From the NCBI GenBank assembly GCA_049720225.1, contig JBNASD010000001.1:396815-460814 (forward strand): a stretch of DNA of 64,000 bases, given 5' to 3'. The DNA is from Microgenomates group bacterium. Lineage in GTDB: Bacteria; Patescibacteriota; Microgenomatia; PFEM01; JBNASD01. The translations under genes and the position numbers were made by a program. Under the pieces are notes generated by a model. It did no database searches. It was not told where the DNA came from and saw only the letters and a program-made list of their open reading frames with translations. Shown piece by piece: positions 16,230-26,219 of this stretch (within the stretch, counting starts at the first letter, position 1; every line of letters begins with the position of its first letter).

Positions 16230-17630
16230 TTATTTTGCTTTTGTTAATTCTGTGGCTCGGGTTTCTCTTATACAGGTGACTTTAATTTGTCCGGCATAAG
16301 AAACTTTTTCTTCTAAAGCATCACTAATTTTTTTGGCTAAAACGACTAGTTCTTCATCAGAAATTTCTTCTGGTTTAACTAAAACGCGAACATCTCTACC
16401 TGCTTGATAAGCAAAAGCTTCTTTTACTCCCGGAAAACTATTGGCAATTTCTTCTATTTGGGCAATTCGCTGAACATATTCTTCATGAGCTTCATAACGA
16501 GCGCCAGGTCGAGCTCCGGAAGCAGCGTCGGCAATCCAAACAATTCGTGATTCAGGCGAAGAAAATGGCTTATCCTCATGATGTTCGGCAATACACGCTA
16601 CCACTTCTTCAGGAAGACGATATTTTCTTGCCAAATCAACACCAATTTGCACATGAGTTCCTTCTTGGTCGGTAACTACCTTTCCAATATCATGCAATAA
16701 ACAACCTAATCTGACAATATTTACTTTGGCCCCTACTTCATGAGCAATTTGTACCCCAATTTTTGTTTCTTCCAAAGTGTGAACAATCATATTTTGACCA
16801 TAAGAAAATCTAAATTTAAATCTTCCTAAAAGTTTAATCAAATCAGGATGAAGACGATAAACGCCTACTGCTTGGCAAAGTTTTTGCCCTTCTTCAAACA
16901 TAATTTTTTCTACTTCCTGTCGAGTTCGAGCGACTACTTCTTCAATTCTTGCCGGCGTAATTCGACGGTCGCGAATTAATTTTTCCAAAGCCCGTCGGGC
17001 AATTTCTCGCCGAACAGAATCAAAACAAGACAAAGTCAAGTCATTACTTTCGTCTAATTCTATTTCTACTCCGGTAACCCTCTCAAAAGTCCGAATATTT
17101 CTTCCTTCTCTCCCAATAATTCTTCCTTTAATTTCTTCTGAAGGAAGATGGACTACAGAAACAGTATATTCGGCTACATAATCAGCCACTCCATGTTGCA
17201 TTGCCTCAATTAAAATTTCTTTTGCTTTTTCTTCTGCTTGACTTTTAATCTCTTCTTCCGCTTCTTGAATTCGTCGGGCAATATCTTCGGCTAACTTTTT
17301 CTCTATTCCTTCTAAAATCAAATTTTTTGCTTCCTGGGTACTTAGACCGGCTATTTTTTCTAAACGTGTTAATTGCTTTTTTTTGATTTCTTCAATTTCT
17401 AATAATTTTTCTTCAATCTGTTTTTCTTTTTGAGCTAAAAATTTTTCTCTTTCTTCTAAAGCTCCCTCTCGCCTTTCCAATTCGGCAATTCGAGTAGCTA
17501 ACTCTTGAGCCAATCGCACCTCTTCCTCACCTGAAGGAGGAGTTATTTTCTTTCTTCTTTTTCCCTTAGCTTCTTTTTCCTTTAATTCTTCTTTAGCTAA
17601 AGTTTTAAGAAAAACATCTAAAAATCCCAT
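16230..17630 (-). CDS. rny: Ribonuclease Y
   Basis: N-terminal coiled coil, KH domain (IIGREGRNIRTFERVTGVEIELDE), HD domain (LLHDIGK...). Confidence 0.85.
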   Translation of the reverse strand: MGFLDVFLKTLAKEELKEKEAKGKRRKKITPPSGEEEVRLAQELATRIAELERREGALEEREKFLAQKEKQIEEKLLEIEEIKKKQLTRLEKIAGLSTQEAKNLILEGIEKKLAEDIARRIQEAEEEIKSQAEEKAKEILIEAMQHGVADYVAEYTVSVVHLPSEEIKGRIIGREGRNIRTFERVTGVEIELDESNDLTLSCFDSVRREIARRALEKLIRDRRITPARIEEVVARTRQEVEKIMFEEGQKLCQAVGVYRLHPDLIKLLGRFKFRFSYGQNMIVHTLEETKIGVQIAHEVGAKVNIVRLGCLLHDIGKVVTDQEGTHVQIGVDLARKYRLPEEVVACIAEHHEDKPFSSPESRIVWIADAASGARPGARYEAHEEYVQRIAQIEEIANSFPGVKEAFAYQAGRDVRVLVKPEEISDEELVVLAKKISDALEEKVSYAGQIKVTCIRETRATELTKAK

Positions 17631-17647
17631 AGAAACCTCCTTTTAGT

Positions 17648-17762
17648 TCTTGGCTTTTGGCAATTAAAAGAATTCCGCGAGGAAATAGCGGGTTAAATGA
17701 TATTTAAAGAAAAAAATTTAAAAATTATTCTCAAAATCATCTTTTAATGCCAAAGGCCAAGA
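17648..17762 (-). promoter_or_regulatory. Long-range inverted repeat (~22-bp arms enclosing ~70 nt) in the rny 5' leader / recX-rny spacer
   Basis: tcttggcttttggcaattaaaag (17648-17670) against cttttaatgccaaaggccaaga (17741-17762). The proximal arm ends 8 nt from the rny SD (ggaggt). Confidence 0.35.
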
Positions 17763-17772
17763 AAAAAAATTT

Positions 17773-18315
17773 TTAAATTTTTAACTTTTTAATTTTATCA
17801 CTTTTTTTATCAATTGACAATTTTAGTATTTCCTCAATTGTTTCAAAACTAAAGCCCCGCGAAGATAAAAAATTAAAAATCTTTCTTTTTAATTCTTCCC
17901 CTTTAAAACGAGAAAAAGATTCTTCTTTTTTTAATAGAGCTCTCCAAGCAAGTTCTTTCTCATCCAAAGAAGATAATACTTTATCGATTATTTTTTCTTC
18001 TATTCCTCTTTTTTTAAGTTCAAAAATTAATGCTTTTTTTCCTTTAGGACGAAATTCTCCTCGTTGCTCTACCCACCAAAAGGCGAATTGATAATCGTCA
18101 ATTAGTCCTTGTTTTTTTAATAAATAAATAATTGAATCAATCTTTAAAGAAGAAATCTTTTTTCTTCTAAGAAAGTCTTTAACTTCTTTTTCACTTCGAG
18201 GTCTAAAGGATAAAAAACGAAGGGTTTTTTCCAAAATATTATTCTTTAGCTTCACCAATTTCTTGTCCGGCAGAAATTTTTTCTTCTTTAACTTTTTTCC
18301 AAATTTTTTCTTCAA
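17773..18315 (-). CDS. recX: RecX regulatory protein (start uncertain; the annotated start overlaps the recA 3' end by 77 nt)
   Basis: Three-helix repeats [20 protein letters not shown]...[15 protein letters not shown]... It is immediately downstream of recA. Confidence 0.7.
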   Translation of the reverse strand: MKKKFGKKLKKKKFLPDKKLVKLKNNILEKTLRFLSFRPRSEKEVKDFLRRKKISSLKIDSIIYLLKKQGLIDDYQFAFWWVEQRGEFRPKGKKALIFELKKRGIEEKIIDKVLSSLDEKELAWRALLKKEESFSRFKGEELKRKIFNFLSSRGFSFETIEEILKLSIDKKSDKIKKLKI

Positions 18316-19273
18316 TTTCCGCCATCAACTTTCTATCTTTTTCTAAAAAAGCTTTAGCAGCTTCTCGGCCTTGTCCTAAAATTTGTTTTCCGTATTTATA
18401 AAAAGAGCCTGATTTTTCAATTACCCCCAAATCAATCCCTACATCTAAAATATTGCCGCTTTGGGAAATTCCTGAATCGTTCATAATATCAAATTCAGCT
18501 ACTCTAAAGGGAGGGGCCACTTTGTTTTTTACTACCCTTACCCGATGGCGTGAACCAATTACTTTCTCTCCTTCTTTAATTACATCGATTTTCCGAATAT
18601 CAAGACGAATTGAAGAATAAAATTTTAAAGCCAATCCACCAGGAGTTGTTTCTGGATTACCAAACATCACTCCAATTTTAAGACGAATCTGATTAGTAAA
18701 AATCGCCACTGCCCGAGATTTAGAAATTACCGCGGTTAATTTTCTTAATGCTTGAGACATCAATCTTGCCTGAATACCAATCATTGCATCTCCCATTTCT
18801 CCTTCAATCTCTGCTCGCGGCGTTAAAGCAGCTACTGAATCAATTGCCACTACATCTACTCCTCCCGAACGAACTAAAGTTTCTACAATCTCTAATGCTT
18901 GTTCACCAGTATCTGGTTGAGAAATTAAAAGTTCATCTAAATTCACGCCAATAATTTTTGCCCAAGTAGGATCTAAAGCATGCTCGGCATCAACCAACGC
19001 TGCCACTCCTCCCATTTTTTGCGCTTGGGCTAAAATACTTAAAACTAAAGAGGTTTTTCCTGACGACTCTGGGCCATAAATTTCCACAATTCTTCCCCGA
19101 GGTAAACCACCAACCCCTAAAGCGATATCTAAAGCAATTGAGCCGGTAGGAATGACATCAACTTTTCTTGCCGCTTCCCATTCTCCCAATCTCATTATTG
19201 CTCCCTTGCCATATTGTTTAATGATCTGATCAATAGCTGTTTTGACTGCTTGAAGCTTTTGATTATCTTTCAT
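18239..19273 (-). CDS. recA: Recombinase RecA (likely ATG start at 19273; the ORF track's TTG at 19291 adds 6 aa)
   Basis: [19 protein letters not shown]...[17 protein letters not shown]... Confidence 0.9.
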   Translation of the reverse strand: MKDNQKLQAVKTAIDQIIKQYGKGAIMRLGEWEAARKVDVIPTGSIALDIALGVGGLPRGRIVEIYGPESSGKTSLVLSILAQAQKMGGVAALVDAEHALDPTWAKIIGVNLDELLISQPDTGEQALEIVETLVRSGGVDVVAIDSVAALTPRAEIEGEMGDAMIGIQARLMSQALRKLTAVISKSRAVAIFTNQIRLKIGVMFGNPETTPGGLALKFYSSIRLDIRKIDVIKEGEKVIGSRHRVRVVKNKVAPPFRVAEFDIMNDSGISQSGNILDVGIDLGVIEKSGSFYKYGKQILGQGREAAKAFLEKDRKLMAEIEEKIWKKVKEEKISAGQEIGEAKE

Positions 19274-19319
19274 TAACTTTAATTTTGACAAACTTTTTGC
19301 TAAAATTCAATAAGGAAAT

Positions 19320-19394
19320 CGGGGTGTGGCGCAGTAGGATTAGCGCACACGCATGGGGTGCGTGGGGTCGCGGGTTCGAGTCCCGCCACCCCGA
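19320..19394 (+). tRNA. tRNA-Pro (anticodon GGG)
   Basis: Hand-folded cloverleaf: 7-bp acceptor stem CGGGGTG/CACCCCG, D arm GCGC/GCGC, anticodon stem CACGC/GCGTG with loop ATGGGGT (U33, GGG, G37), T arm GCGGG-TTCGAGT-CCCGC, discriminator A. CCA is not encoded. Confidence 0.8.
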
Positions 19395-19456
19395 CTAAAA
19401 AATAATCCCATTTATTTTGCCTTTTACAGCTAGCAAATAAAAAAATAATATAAAAA

Positions 19457-19488
19457 CGCAGTAGGATTAGCGCACCCTGACTAAAAAA
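19457..19488 (+). repeat. Truncated duplicate of the tRNA-Pro gene (D-arm fused to the 3' acceptor end)
   Basis: cgcagtaggattagcgcac + cctgac + taaaaaa matches tRNA positions 11-29 plus the 3' end cccgac-taaaaaa. It lies 62 bp downstream of the intact tRNA. Confidence 0.5.
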
Positions 19489-19567
19489 ACTAATTCCTTT
19501 TTTTAACAGGTAAGTAGTATTAGGAGATAATAGGCAAGAAGTTATCGAATCTTAAAAATTTAAAGTT

Positions 19568-19996
19568 TTAACGTTTTGGACTTTGTTTCTTCTTTCTTGC
19601 TTTACTCATTTGACCTGGTTTTCGCCGTTCTTTTGCCCGAGGATCGCGCGTTAAAAGACCTGCTTTTTTCAATGAAGAATGGTAAAGTTCCCGATTTTCC
19701 TTGTCTAAAGCGCGAGCTAAACCGTGGATAACCGCCCCTAATTGAGCAGACTTTCCTCCTCCTTCAACTTTAATAGTAGCATAATACTTTCCTTCGGTTT
19801 TAGTAACCACAAATGGTTTTAAATATAAAGCCTTATTTACTTCACCCGGAAAATACTGACTAATTGGCAAATCATTAACAATAATTTCTCCTTTTCCACG
19901 ATAAAGCCTTACGCGGGCAACTGCTTCTTTTCGCCGCCCAACGGCAAAAGTAAATTCTTTTTTAGTTGATTTTTTTTCTTCCTTTTTTCTCGCCAT
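19568..19996 (-). CDS. rpsI: 30S ribosomal protein S9
   Basis: GRRKEAVARVRLYRGKGEIIVNDLPISQYF... with a basic C-terminal tail. Confidence 0.9.
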   Translation of the reverse strand: MARKKEEKKSTKKEFTFAVGRRKEAVARVRLYRGKGEIIVNDLPISQYFPGEVNKALYLKPFVVTKTEGKYYATIKVEGGGKSAQLGAVIHGLARALDKENRELYHSSLKKAGLLTRDPRAKERRKPGQMSKARKKKQSPKR

Positions 19997-20010
19997 AATT
20001 TTTTTACATT

Positions 20011-20427
20011 TTATAATTTAAATTTATCTTGATAAGGATGATTTTCGTCAACAAAAACTTTTAAGCGGGCTAACCTTTTATCCCGAAGTTTATTTTTGGG
20101 CAACATTCCAGAAACGGCGTGAATAATTACTTTCCGTGGATCTTTTGTCATTTGTTCTTTTAAAGTAATTTTTTTGAGTCCGTCAGGATACCCAGAATAA
20201 CGAGTATAAACTTTTTGTTCTTCTTTTCTTCCGGTAACTTTTATTTTTTTCGCATTAATCACTACTACCCAATCTCCACAGTCTAGGTGAGGGACAAAGT
20301 ATGGCTTATGTTTACCAATCAAAAGTTGTGCTATCTGTGTGGCTAATCGACCTAAAATTTTTCCTTTAGCATCAATTAAATGCCATTCTCTTTTAATTTC
20401 TTTTTCTTTAACAGTGGGAGTTTTCAT
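20011..20427 (-). CDS. rplM: 50S ribosomal protein L13
   Basis: WHLIDAKGKILGRLATQIAQLLIGKHKPYFVPHLDCGD. Confidence 0.9.
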   Translation of the reverse strand: MKTPTVKEKEIKREWHLIDAKGKILGRLATQIAQLLIGKHKPYFVPHLDCGDWVVVINAKKIKVTGRKEEQKVYTRYSGYPDGLKKITLKEQMTKDPRKVIIHAVSGMLPKNKLRDKRLARLKVFVDENHPYQDKFKL

Positions 20428-20822
20428 TTTTTGGGTTTTTCTTTTTTAGTAGTTGATTTAACCTGTTTTTCTCTCTTTTTTTCTTTTTCTTTCTTTTCTG
20501 GTTTTTCAATTAATTCTAACTTCACCAAGGGAGCATTATCTCCTTTTCTTTTGCCTAAACGTACTATTCTGGTATATCCACCTGCTCTTTCTTTAAAAAT
20601 AATTCCCAATTCATCAACAATTTTATTAACTAACTTTTTATCTTGAAGAAAAGCAAGAATTAAACGACGAGCAGAAACAGTTTGCTCTTTTCCTTTATTA
20701 ATCAATTTTTCAACAATTGGTTGAACCTTTTTCGCTTTTGCTAAAGTAGTTTTTATTTCACCGTGAGTAATTAAACTCTTAATTAAATTTTTAAATAGCA
20801 ATTTTCTTTTATTGGTATTCAT
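20424..20822 (-). CDS. rplQ: 50S ribosomal protein L17
   Basis: LFKNLIKSLITHGEIKTTLAKAKKVQPIVEKLI...GYTRIVRLGKRKGD. Confidence 0.9.
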   Translation of the reverse strand: MNTNKRKLLFKNLIKSLITHGEIKTTLAKAKKVQPIVEKLINKGKEQTVSARRLILAFLQDKKLVNKIVDELGIIFKERAGGYTRIVRLGKRKGDNAPLVKLELIEKPEKKEKEKKREKQVKSTTKKEKPKK

Positions 20823-21751
20823 TTTTCTTTATTTAAAGATAGTCCTTTACCGGCTAACACTTTTTCGATTTCTTTAACCGATTTCTCTCCCAAATTTTTT
20901 ATTTTCAATAATTGCTCGGGGGTAGCTTTAACTAAATCTTTCACTTTCTTATATCCTGCTTTTTTTAAAGCGTTTACTACTTTTAAAGGTAAATCAAAAT
21001 CTTCTAAAGGTGTCTCTAGTAAAGAATCGTCTTTACTATTAGCTATTTGATTATTATCTTCTTCTTTATTAACGGGTTTTTTGGGTTTTACAATTTGATT
21101 AAAAAAAGATACTAAGATTTCTCCACTTTTCTTCAATGCCTCCGCTGGAGAAATAGTCCCATCGGTCAAAACTTCTAAAGTAAGTTTATCAAAATCAGTT
21201 TTTCTTCCAACACGAGTGGGCTCGACATGATAATTTACTTTTAAAACTGGACTAAAAATAGCATCCAGGGGAATTACTCCAATTCGATCACTGGTTCTTT
21301 CCTCTAATGAGAGATAACCAACTCCCTTTTCTACTAAAAGCTCTGCCTTAATTTTGCTTTTTTTATCTGCCAAATAACCTAAAACTAAGTCTTTATTAAC
21401 AACTTCAATCTCTGCTGGCGTTTTGATATCTCCTGCTTTTATTTCTCCCGGGCCACTTTTTTCTAAAGTTAATTTTAATGGTTTATCTCCTTTATATGAA
21501 AATCTTACTTTCTTTAAATTCAAAAGAAATTCTAAAATATCCTCTCTTAATCCTTCTAGGGTAGAAAAGCGGTGGCGAACACCACTAATTTTTACCTCTA
21601 CAATCGCTGTTCCGGGTAAAGAGGTAAGTAAAACTCTTCTTAAAGCACTTCCAAGAGTATATCCATATCCCTGTGGTAAAGGGGCAATTTCAAATAAAGA
21701 TAAATTTTTTTCTTTTTTAGTTTCTTGAATAGTAAAATTAGGTTCGATCAT
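20819..21751 (-). CDS. rpoA: DNA-directed RNA polymerase subunit alpha
   Basis: N-terminal domain ...PLPQGYGYTLGSALRRVLLTSLPGTAI...; the C-terminal domain has ...LPLKVVNALKKAGYKKVKDL. Confidence 0.9.
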   Translation of the reverse strand: MIEPNFTIQETKKEKNLSLFEIAPLPQGYGYTLGSALRRVLLTSLPGTAIVEVKISGVRHRFSTLEGLREDILEFLLNLKKVRFSYKGDKPLKLTLEKSGPGEIKAGDIKTPAEIEVVNKDLVLGYLADKKSKIKAELLVEKGVGYLSLEERTSDRIGVIPLDAIFSPVLKVNYHVEPTRVGRKTDFDKLTLEVLTDGTISPAEALKKSGEILVSFFNQIVKPKKPVNKEEDNNQIANSKDDSLLETPLEDFDLPLKVVNALKKAGYKKVKDLVKATPEQLLKIKNLGEKSVKEIEKVLAGKGLSLNKEK

Positions 21752-21775
21752 TTTTTTCCTCCTTTTTTTAAAATC

Positions 21776-22402
21776 TTAACGAGAATAAAATTCAACAATT
21801 AAACTTTCATCTATTTCTGATTCAATTTCCTCGCGGGAGGGTAATCGCTCTATTTTACCAACAGTTGCTTTTCTTTTCAACCATTCGGGAATTTTTCTTT
21901 CTTTTTCTTCTAAGGCTTTCTTAACAATTTCTATTTTTAACGCCTGTGGTCTCAAACTAATTACATCACCAACTTTAACTTCATAGGAAGGAATATCAAC
22001 TTTTTTATTGTTTACCAAAATATGCCCATGACTTACCAATTGCCTAGCTACAGATCGGGAAGGAGCAAAACCTAACCGATAAACTACATTATCTAATCTT
22101 CTTTCTAAAGTTTGGAGTAAAAGAAGACCTGTTTCTTTTCCTTTTGCTTTCAAAGATTTTTCAAAGTAACGTCGAAATTGTTCTTCGGAAACTTGATAAA
22201 GACGCTTAAGTTTTTGTTTTTCCTTAAGCTGTCTGCCATAATCGCTAGTAGTGGTTTTTCTTTTCGGTCCGTGTTGCCCTGGAGGCACCGCTCCTTTCCT
22301 TTCAATTGGACAGGAAGAAGAATAACAACGGTCTCCCTTTAAAAATAATTTCATTCCTGAGGAACGACATAATCGACATTTTGGACCTAAATATCTTCCC
22401 AT
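21776..22402 (-). CDS. rpsD: 30S ribosomal protein S4
   Basis: MGRYLGPKCRLCRSSGMKLFLKGDRC... Confidence 0.9.
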   Translation of the reverse strand: MGRYLGPKCRLCRSSGMKLFLKGDRCYSSSCPIERKGAVPPGQHGPKRKTTTSDYGRQLKEKQKLKRLYQVSEEQFRRYFEKSLKAKGKETGLLLLQTLERRLDNVVYRLGFAPSRSVARQLVSHGHILVNNKKVDIPSYEVKVGDVISLRPQALKIEIVKKALEEKERKIPEWLKRKATVGKIERLPSREEIESEIDESLIVEFYSR

Positions 22403-22404
22403 TT

Positions 22405-22746
22405 TTATACCCTCCTCCTTTTCTTTGGTCGAGGACCATTATGAGGAATTGGCGTTATATCGGCAATTAAATCAATTTTTAATCCTTCTGCTTTTAAAAC
22501 TCGCAAAACCGCATCCCTTCCCGGACCTGGACCCTTAATATAAACTTCCACTTCATCCACTCCCAATGCTTTTGCTTTTTTCACCACTGCTTCAATTGCA
22601 GTAGTGGCAGCAAAGGGAGTTGCCTTTCTGGCGCCCTTGAAACCTACCGTTCCAGTAGAACCCCAACACAAAGTGTTTCCTTTTAAATCAGTAAAGGTAA
22701 CTAAAGTATTATTAAAAGTGGCTTTGACGTAAATTTTAGCTTTCAT
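22405..22746 (-). CDS. rpsK: 30S ribosomal protein S11
   Basis: KATFNNTLVTFTDLKGNTLCWGSTG... Confidence 0.9.
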   Translation of the reverse strand: MKAKIYVKATFNNTLVTFTDLKGNTLCWGSTGTVGFKGARKATPFAATTAIEAVVKKAKALGVDEVEVYIKGPGPGRDAVLRVLKAEGLKIDLIADITPIPHNGPRPKKRRRV

Positions 22747-23155
22747 TCTTTCCCTCTTTCTTTGCTTGGGCTTCTAAACGAGCCAAGTCTTTTTTCTTTA
22801 ATGCTCCAACGGTTTTTCTTTTTCCTCTTTTGGTCCGTGCATTAGAACGAGTCCGTTGTCCTCTTACCGGCAAATTTCTAATATGACGTACTCCCCGATA
22901 GCAATGAATACTTTTCAACCTTTCGATATCCTGAGTGACCATTCCGCGCAAAGTTCCTTCTACAGGAATTTTTTCAATTGCTTTTTGCAATCGAGAAATT
23001 TCTTCTGCCGTTAATTCTTTTACTCGCTTAGAGGGAGAAATTTCCACTTCTTTCAAAATTTTCCAGGCGGTTTTTTTGCCAATACCATAAATATCGGTTA
23101 AACCGATATCAATTCTTTTTTCCTCTTTAATATCAACACCAACAATTCTTACCAT
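22736..23155 (-). CDS. rpsM: 30S ribosomal protein S13
   Basis: MVRIVGVDIKEEKRIDIGLTDIYGIGKKTAWKIL... Confidence 0.9.
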   Translation of the reverse strand: MVRIVGVDIKEEKRIDIGLTDIYGIGKKTAWKILKEVEISPSKRVKELTAEEISRLQKAIEKIPVEGTLRGMVTQDIERLKSIHCYRGVRHIRNLPVRGQRTRSNARTKRGKRKTVGALKKKDLARLEAQAKKEGKNES

Positions 23156-23157
23156 TT

Positions 23158-23271
23158 TTATCCTTGCCTTTGTTTATGTTTTGGATTTTTACAAATAACA
23201 TAAAGCCGGCCGCGCCGGCGAACAATTTTACAAGTTTGGCATAATTTTTTAATACTGGAAATTACTTTCAT
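23158..23271 (-). CDS. rpmJ: 50S ribosomal protein L36 (37 aa; not in the ORF track)
   Basis: Minus-strand translation [37 protein letters not shown] with a C-x2-C...C...H zinc-binding pattern. Its ATG overlaps the infA stop (ATGA). Confidence 0.85.
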   Translation of the reverse strand: MKVISSIKKLCQTCKIVRRRGRLYVICKNPKHKQRQG

Positions 23272-23489
23272 TCTAATCGATAAATAATTCTCCCTCTTTT
23301 ATCATCATAGGGAGTTAACTCTACTTTTACCCTATCTCCAGGCATAATCTTTATCCGATAAAGCCTCATCTTTCCTGCTAAATGACAAAGGATTATTCGG
23401 CCATCTTCTAATTCTACTCGAAAAAGAGTATTAGGAAGAGCTTCTTTTACCCTTCCTTCCACTTCGATCTTTTTTTCTTGCTTTACCAT
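23268..23489 (-). CDS. infA: Translation initiation factor IF-1
   Basis: [54 protein letters not shown]. Confidence 0.9.
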   Translation of the reverse strand: MVKQEKKIEVEGRVKEALPNTLFRVELEDGRIILCHLAGKMRLYRIKIMPGDRVKVELTPYDDKRGRIIYRLE

Positions 23490-23506
23490 TGAAAAACTTT
23501 ACAATT

Positions 23507-24295
23507 TTAACAAACTTCTAACTTAGTTTCAAGGGGAGTAAGAATTAATGGTCCTTTTTTAGTTACCAAAACCGTATCTTCAAAAACGGCTGATAGTTTA
23601 CCATCTTTTGTCTTTAATGTCCAACCATCTTTATCTAAAACTAAATCCGGCTTTCCTTGAGAATAAATTACTTCAATAGCTAAACTCATTCCTTCCTTAA
23701 TTAAAGGCGTGTTTTCAATTTTTCCTTTTAAAAAACAGGGAATCATTGGTTCTTGATGAAGTTCTTCACCAACGCCATGACCAGTAAGAATAAGGGAAGG
23801 ATTATACCCCGCTTTTTTAATTTCTTTTTCAATTATTAAAGAAATATTACCAATCCGATAACCCGGTTGAGCAAAACTAATTGCTTTTTTTAAAGCTTTT
23901 TTTCCTACCTTTAAAAAATTCAAAATTTCTTCTCTATCTTTTTGATTTTCACCCTTCACCCAAACTGTCCTTGCCATGTCAGTATGAAATCCTTGATAAT
24001 AAAATCCCATATCTAAGGTCACTAAATCGCCCTTTTTAATTTGATAACTATTAGGAACACCATGAACAATTCCCTCATTAACATTAATACAGGTACTCCA
24101 AAAATAATTTTTTACTGTTTTAAAAGAAGGACAACCTTTTTCTTTTTTAATTAAATCCTCTGCTAATTGATCTAAAAAAGAAAGAGAAACACCAGGACGA
24201 ATATAAGAAAAAACCTGCCAAAAAATTTTAGCTAATTTTTTTCCTCCAATTTTTAAGGCTTTTTGTTGATGTTCTTTTTTATAAAGAGGAATCAT
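23507..24295 (-). CDS. map: Methionine aminopeptidase, type I
   Basis: HGVPNSYQIKKGDLVTLDMGFYYQGFHTDMARTV... Confidence 0.85.
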   Translation of the reverse strand: MIPLYKKEHQQKALKIGGKKLAKIFWQVFSYIRPGVSLSFLDQLAEDLIKKEKGCPSFKTVKNYFWSTCINVNEGIVHGVPNSYQIKKGDLVTLDMGFYYQGFHTDMARTVWVKGENQKDREEILNFLKVGKKALKKAISFAQPGYRIGNISLIIEKEIKKAGYNPSLILTGHGVGEELHQEPMIPCFLKGKIENTPLIKEGMSLAIEVIYSQGKPDLVLDKDGWTLKTKDGKLSAVFEDTVLVTKKGPLILTPLETKLEVC

Positions 24296-24936
24296 TAAAG
24301 ATTTGCCAAAATTTCTTGATAAATTTCTTTAATTTTTCTTTCACCGTTAATTCTTACCAAAATCTTATTTTTTTCTGCCTCATTAATTAGAGGTTGGGTT
24401 TCTTTTTTATAAATTTTTAAACGATTTTTAATTAATTTTGGTGTATCATCTGGACGAGAAATTAATTTAACTTGACATTGATCGCAAATTTCGTCATTTT
24501 TCGGAGGACGAGTAGCCAAGTTATATTCTAAACCACATTTTGAACAAATTCTTCTTTGAGAAAGACGAAAAATAATTGTTTTATCGCTTACCTCTAAAAG
24601 AAAAACCTTATCAATTTTTAATCCCTTTTCCTTTAAAAATTCTTGCAAAATTTGATATTGAGAAAGGTTTCGAGGAAAACCGTCAAAAATAATTCCCTTC
24701 TTTAGATTCTTTTTTTGAAAAAAATCTTTTAATACCATTTTCATTATTGAATCAGGCACTAACACTCCTTTTTTATTTATTAACTCATCAATTTTTTTTC
24801 CTAACTTATTTTCCTCTTTTGCTTTTTCCCTTAAAATTCTTCCGGCTTCAAAATAAATTAAATTTAATTTTTGGTGTAAAAGTTTTGCTTGAGTGCCTTT
24901 ACCACTTCCTGGTGGACCCAAAAGAATAAGAATCAT
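24295..24936 (-). CDS. adk: Adenylate kinase (with Cys4 zinc lid)
   Basis: MILILLGPPGSGKGTQAKLL...; the lid has CSKCG...CDQC. Confidence 0.9.
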   Translation of the reverse strand: MILILLGPPGSGKGTQAKLLHQKLNLIYFEAGRILREKAKEENKLGKKIDELINKKGVLVPDSIMKMVLKDFFQKKNLKKGIIFDGFPRNLSQYQILQEFLKEKGLKIDKVFLLEVSDKTIIFRLSQRRICSKCGLEYNLATRPPKNDEICDQCQVKLISRPDDTPKLIKNRLKIYKKETQPLINEAEKNKILVRINGERKIKEIYQEILANL

Positions 24937-26219
24937 TTTAGGAAAGAATCGTAACTACGCATAACTAACATTGCCTCTAATTGTTTAACTGTTTCTAAAA
25001 CTACCGAAACAATAATTAAAATTCCTGTTCCCCCAATTGACATGGTCGTTATTCCCGTCATTCGTTGAAGCAAAGAAGGAAAAATAGCAATTAATCCTAA
25101 AAATGTCGCCCCGGCAAAAGTAATTCTTTTTAAAATTCTTTCTAGATATTCCGCAGTTGGTTTTCCTGGTCTTACTCCCGGGATAAAACCGCCATATTTT
25201 TTAAGCTCATCGGCAATTTTTACCGGATCGAAAATAATAGCAGTATAAAAATAGGTAAAACCAAAAACCAAAAGAAAATAAGTTAAATTATAAATTATTC
25301 CGTTAGGATCAAAAACTTTTACTAACATTTGGGAAATACTTTTAACTAACTGATTATCTATCCCTTGAAGAAAATTTCCCAACATTGAAGGTAATAATAC
25401 TAAAGAAACGGCAAAAATAATGGGAATCACTCCTGCTTGATTTATTTTCAAAGGTAAGTAAGTAGTTTGTCCGCCATAAACTCTTCCTCCTTTAATCCGA
25501 CGCGCATATTGAATTCTTATTTTTCGCGAAGCTTCATTAATAAAAACTACCCCTCCAATTACTCCCACACTCATCAAACCAAAAAATAAAAGATTAAAAA
25601 AGTTTTCCCCTCCCGAAACCGAAAGAGTTTGAATTAAAGAAATAGGTAAGCGAGCAACAATTCCTCCAAAAATAATCATCGAAATTCCGTTACCAATTCC
25701 TTTCTCAGAAATTAACTCTCCCAACCACATCAAAAAAACCGTCCCCGCGGTCATTGCAAAGACAATACTAGTCAATACTAAAGGAGTAACCGAGGTAATA
25801 ATTCCTTGATTTTTAAGCAGAATATACATTCCCAATGATTGCATCATTGCCAAAGGAACCGTTACTAAACGAATATACTGATTAATTTTCTTTCTTCCAT
25901 ACTCTCCTTCTTTAGAAAGAGCTTCTAAGGAAGGAATAACAATGGTTAATAACTGAAAAATAATGGAAGCATTAATATAAGGAACTAATCCCAAAGCCAT
26001 CACAGAAAAGTTAGCCAGTGTCCCACCAGAAAAAATATCCAATAGTCCTAAAAGTTGACTTTGAGCAAATAATCTTTTTAAGGCAGTAGTATCTATTCCG
26101 GGAATAGGAACGTGAGCGGTAAAACGAAAAATAATAAAAATAAAAGCGGTAAAAAGAATTCTCCGACGTAAATCAGGAGTCCGCCACGCATTTAAAAAGG
26201 TATTTAAAATTTTATTCAT
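24933..26219 (-). CDS. secY: Preprotein translocase subunit SecY
   Basis: 10-TM protein sitting between rplO and adk. Confidence 0.9.
   Translation of the reverse strand: MNKILNTFLNAWRTPDLRRRILFTAFIFIIFRFTAHVPIPGIDTTALKRLFAQSQLLGLLDIFSGGTLANFSVMALGLVPYINASIIFQLLTIVIPSLEALSKEGEYGRKKINQYIRLVTVPLAMMQSLGMYILLKNQGIITSVTPLVLTSIVFAMTAGTVFLMWLGELISEKGIGNGISMIIFGGIVARLPISLIQTLSVSGGENFFNLLFFGLMSVGVIGGVVFINEASRKIRIQYARRIKGGRVYGGQTTYLPLKINQAGVIPIIFAVSLVLLPSMLGNFLQGIDNQLVKSISQMLVKVFDPNGIIYNLTYFLLVFGFTYFYTAIIFDPVKIADELKKYGGFIPGVRPGKPTAEYLERILKRITFAGATFLGLIAIFPSLLQRMTGITTMSIGGTGILIIVSVVLETVKQLEAMLVMRSYDSFLK

Noticed and set aside
19395-19567. Integrated mobile element or prophage next to the tRNA-Pro gene.
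   Set aside because: There are only ~170 bp between the tRNA and rpsI, with no ORFs, integrase or cargo. The truncated tRNA copy is noted as a finding, but there is no evidence of an element being currently present.
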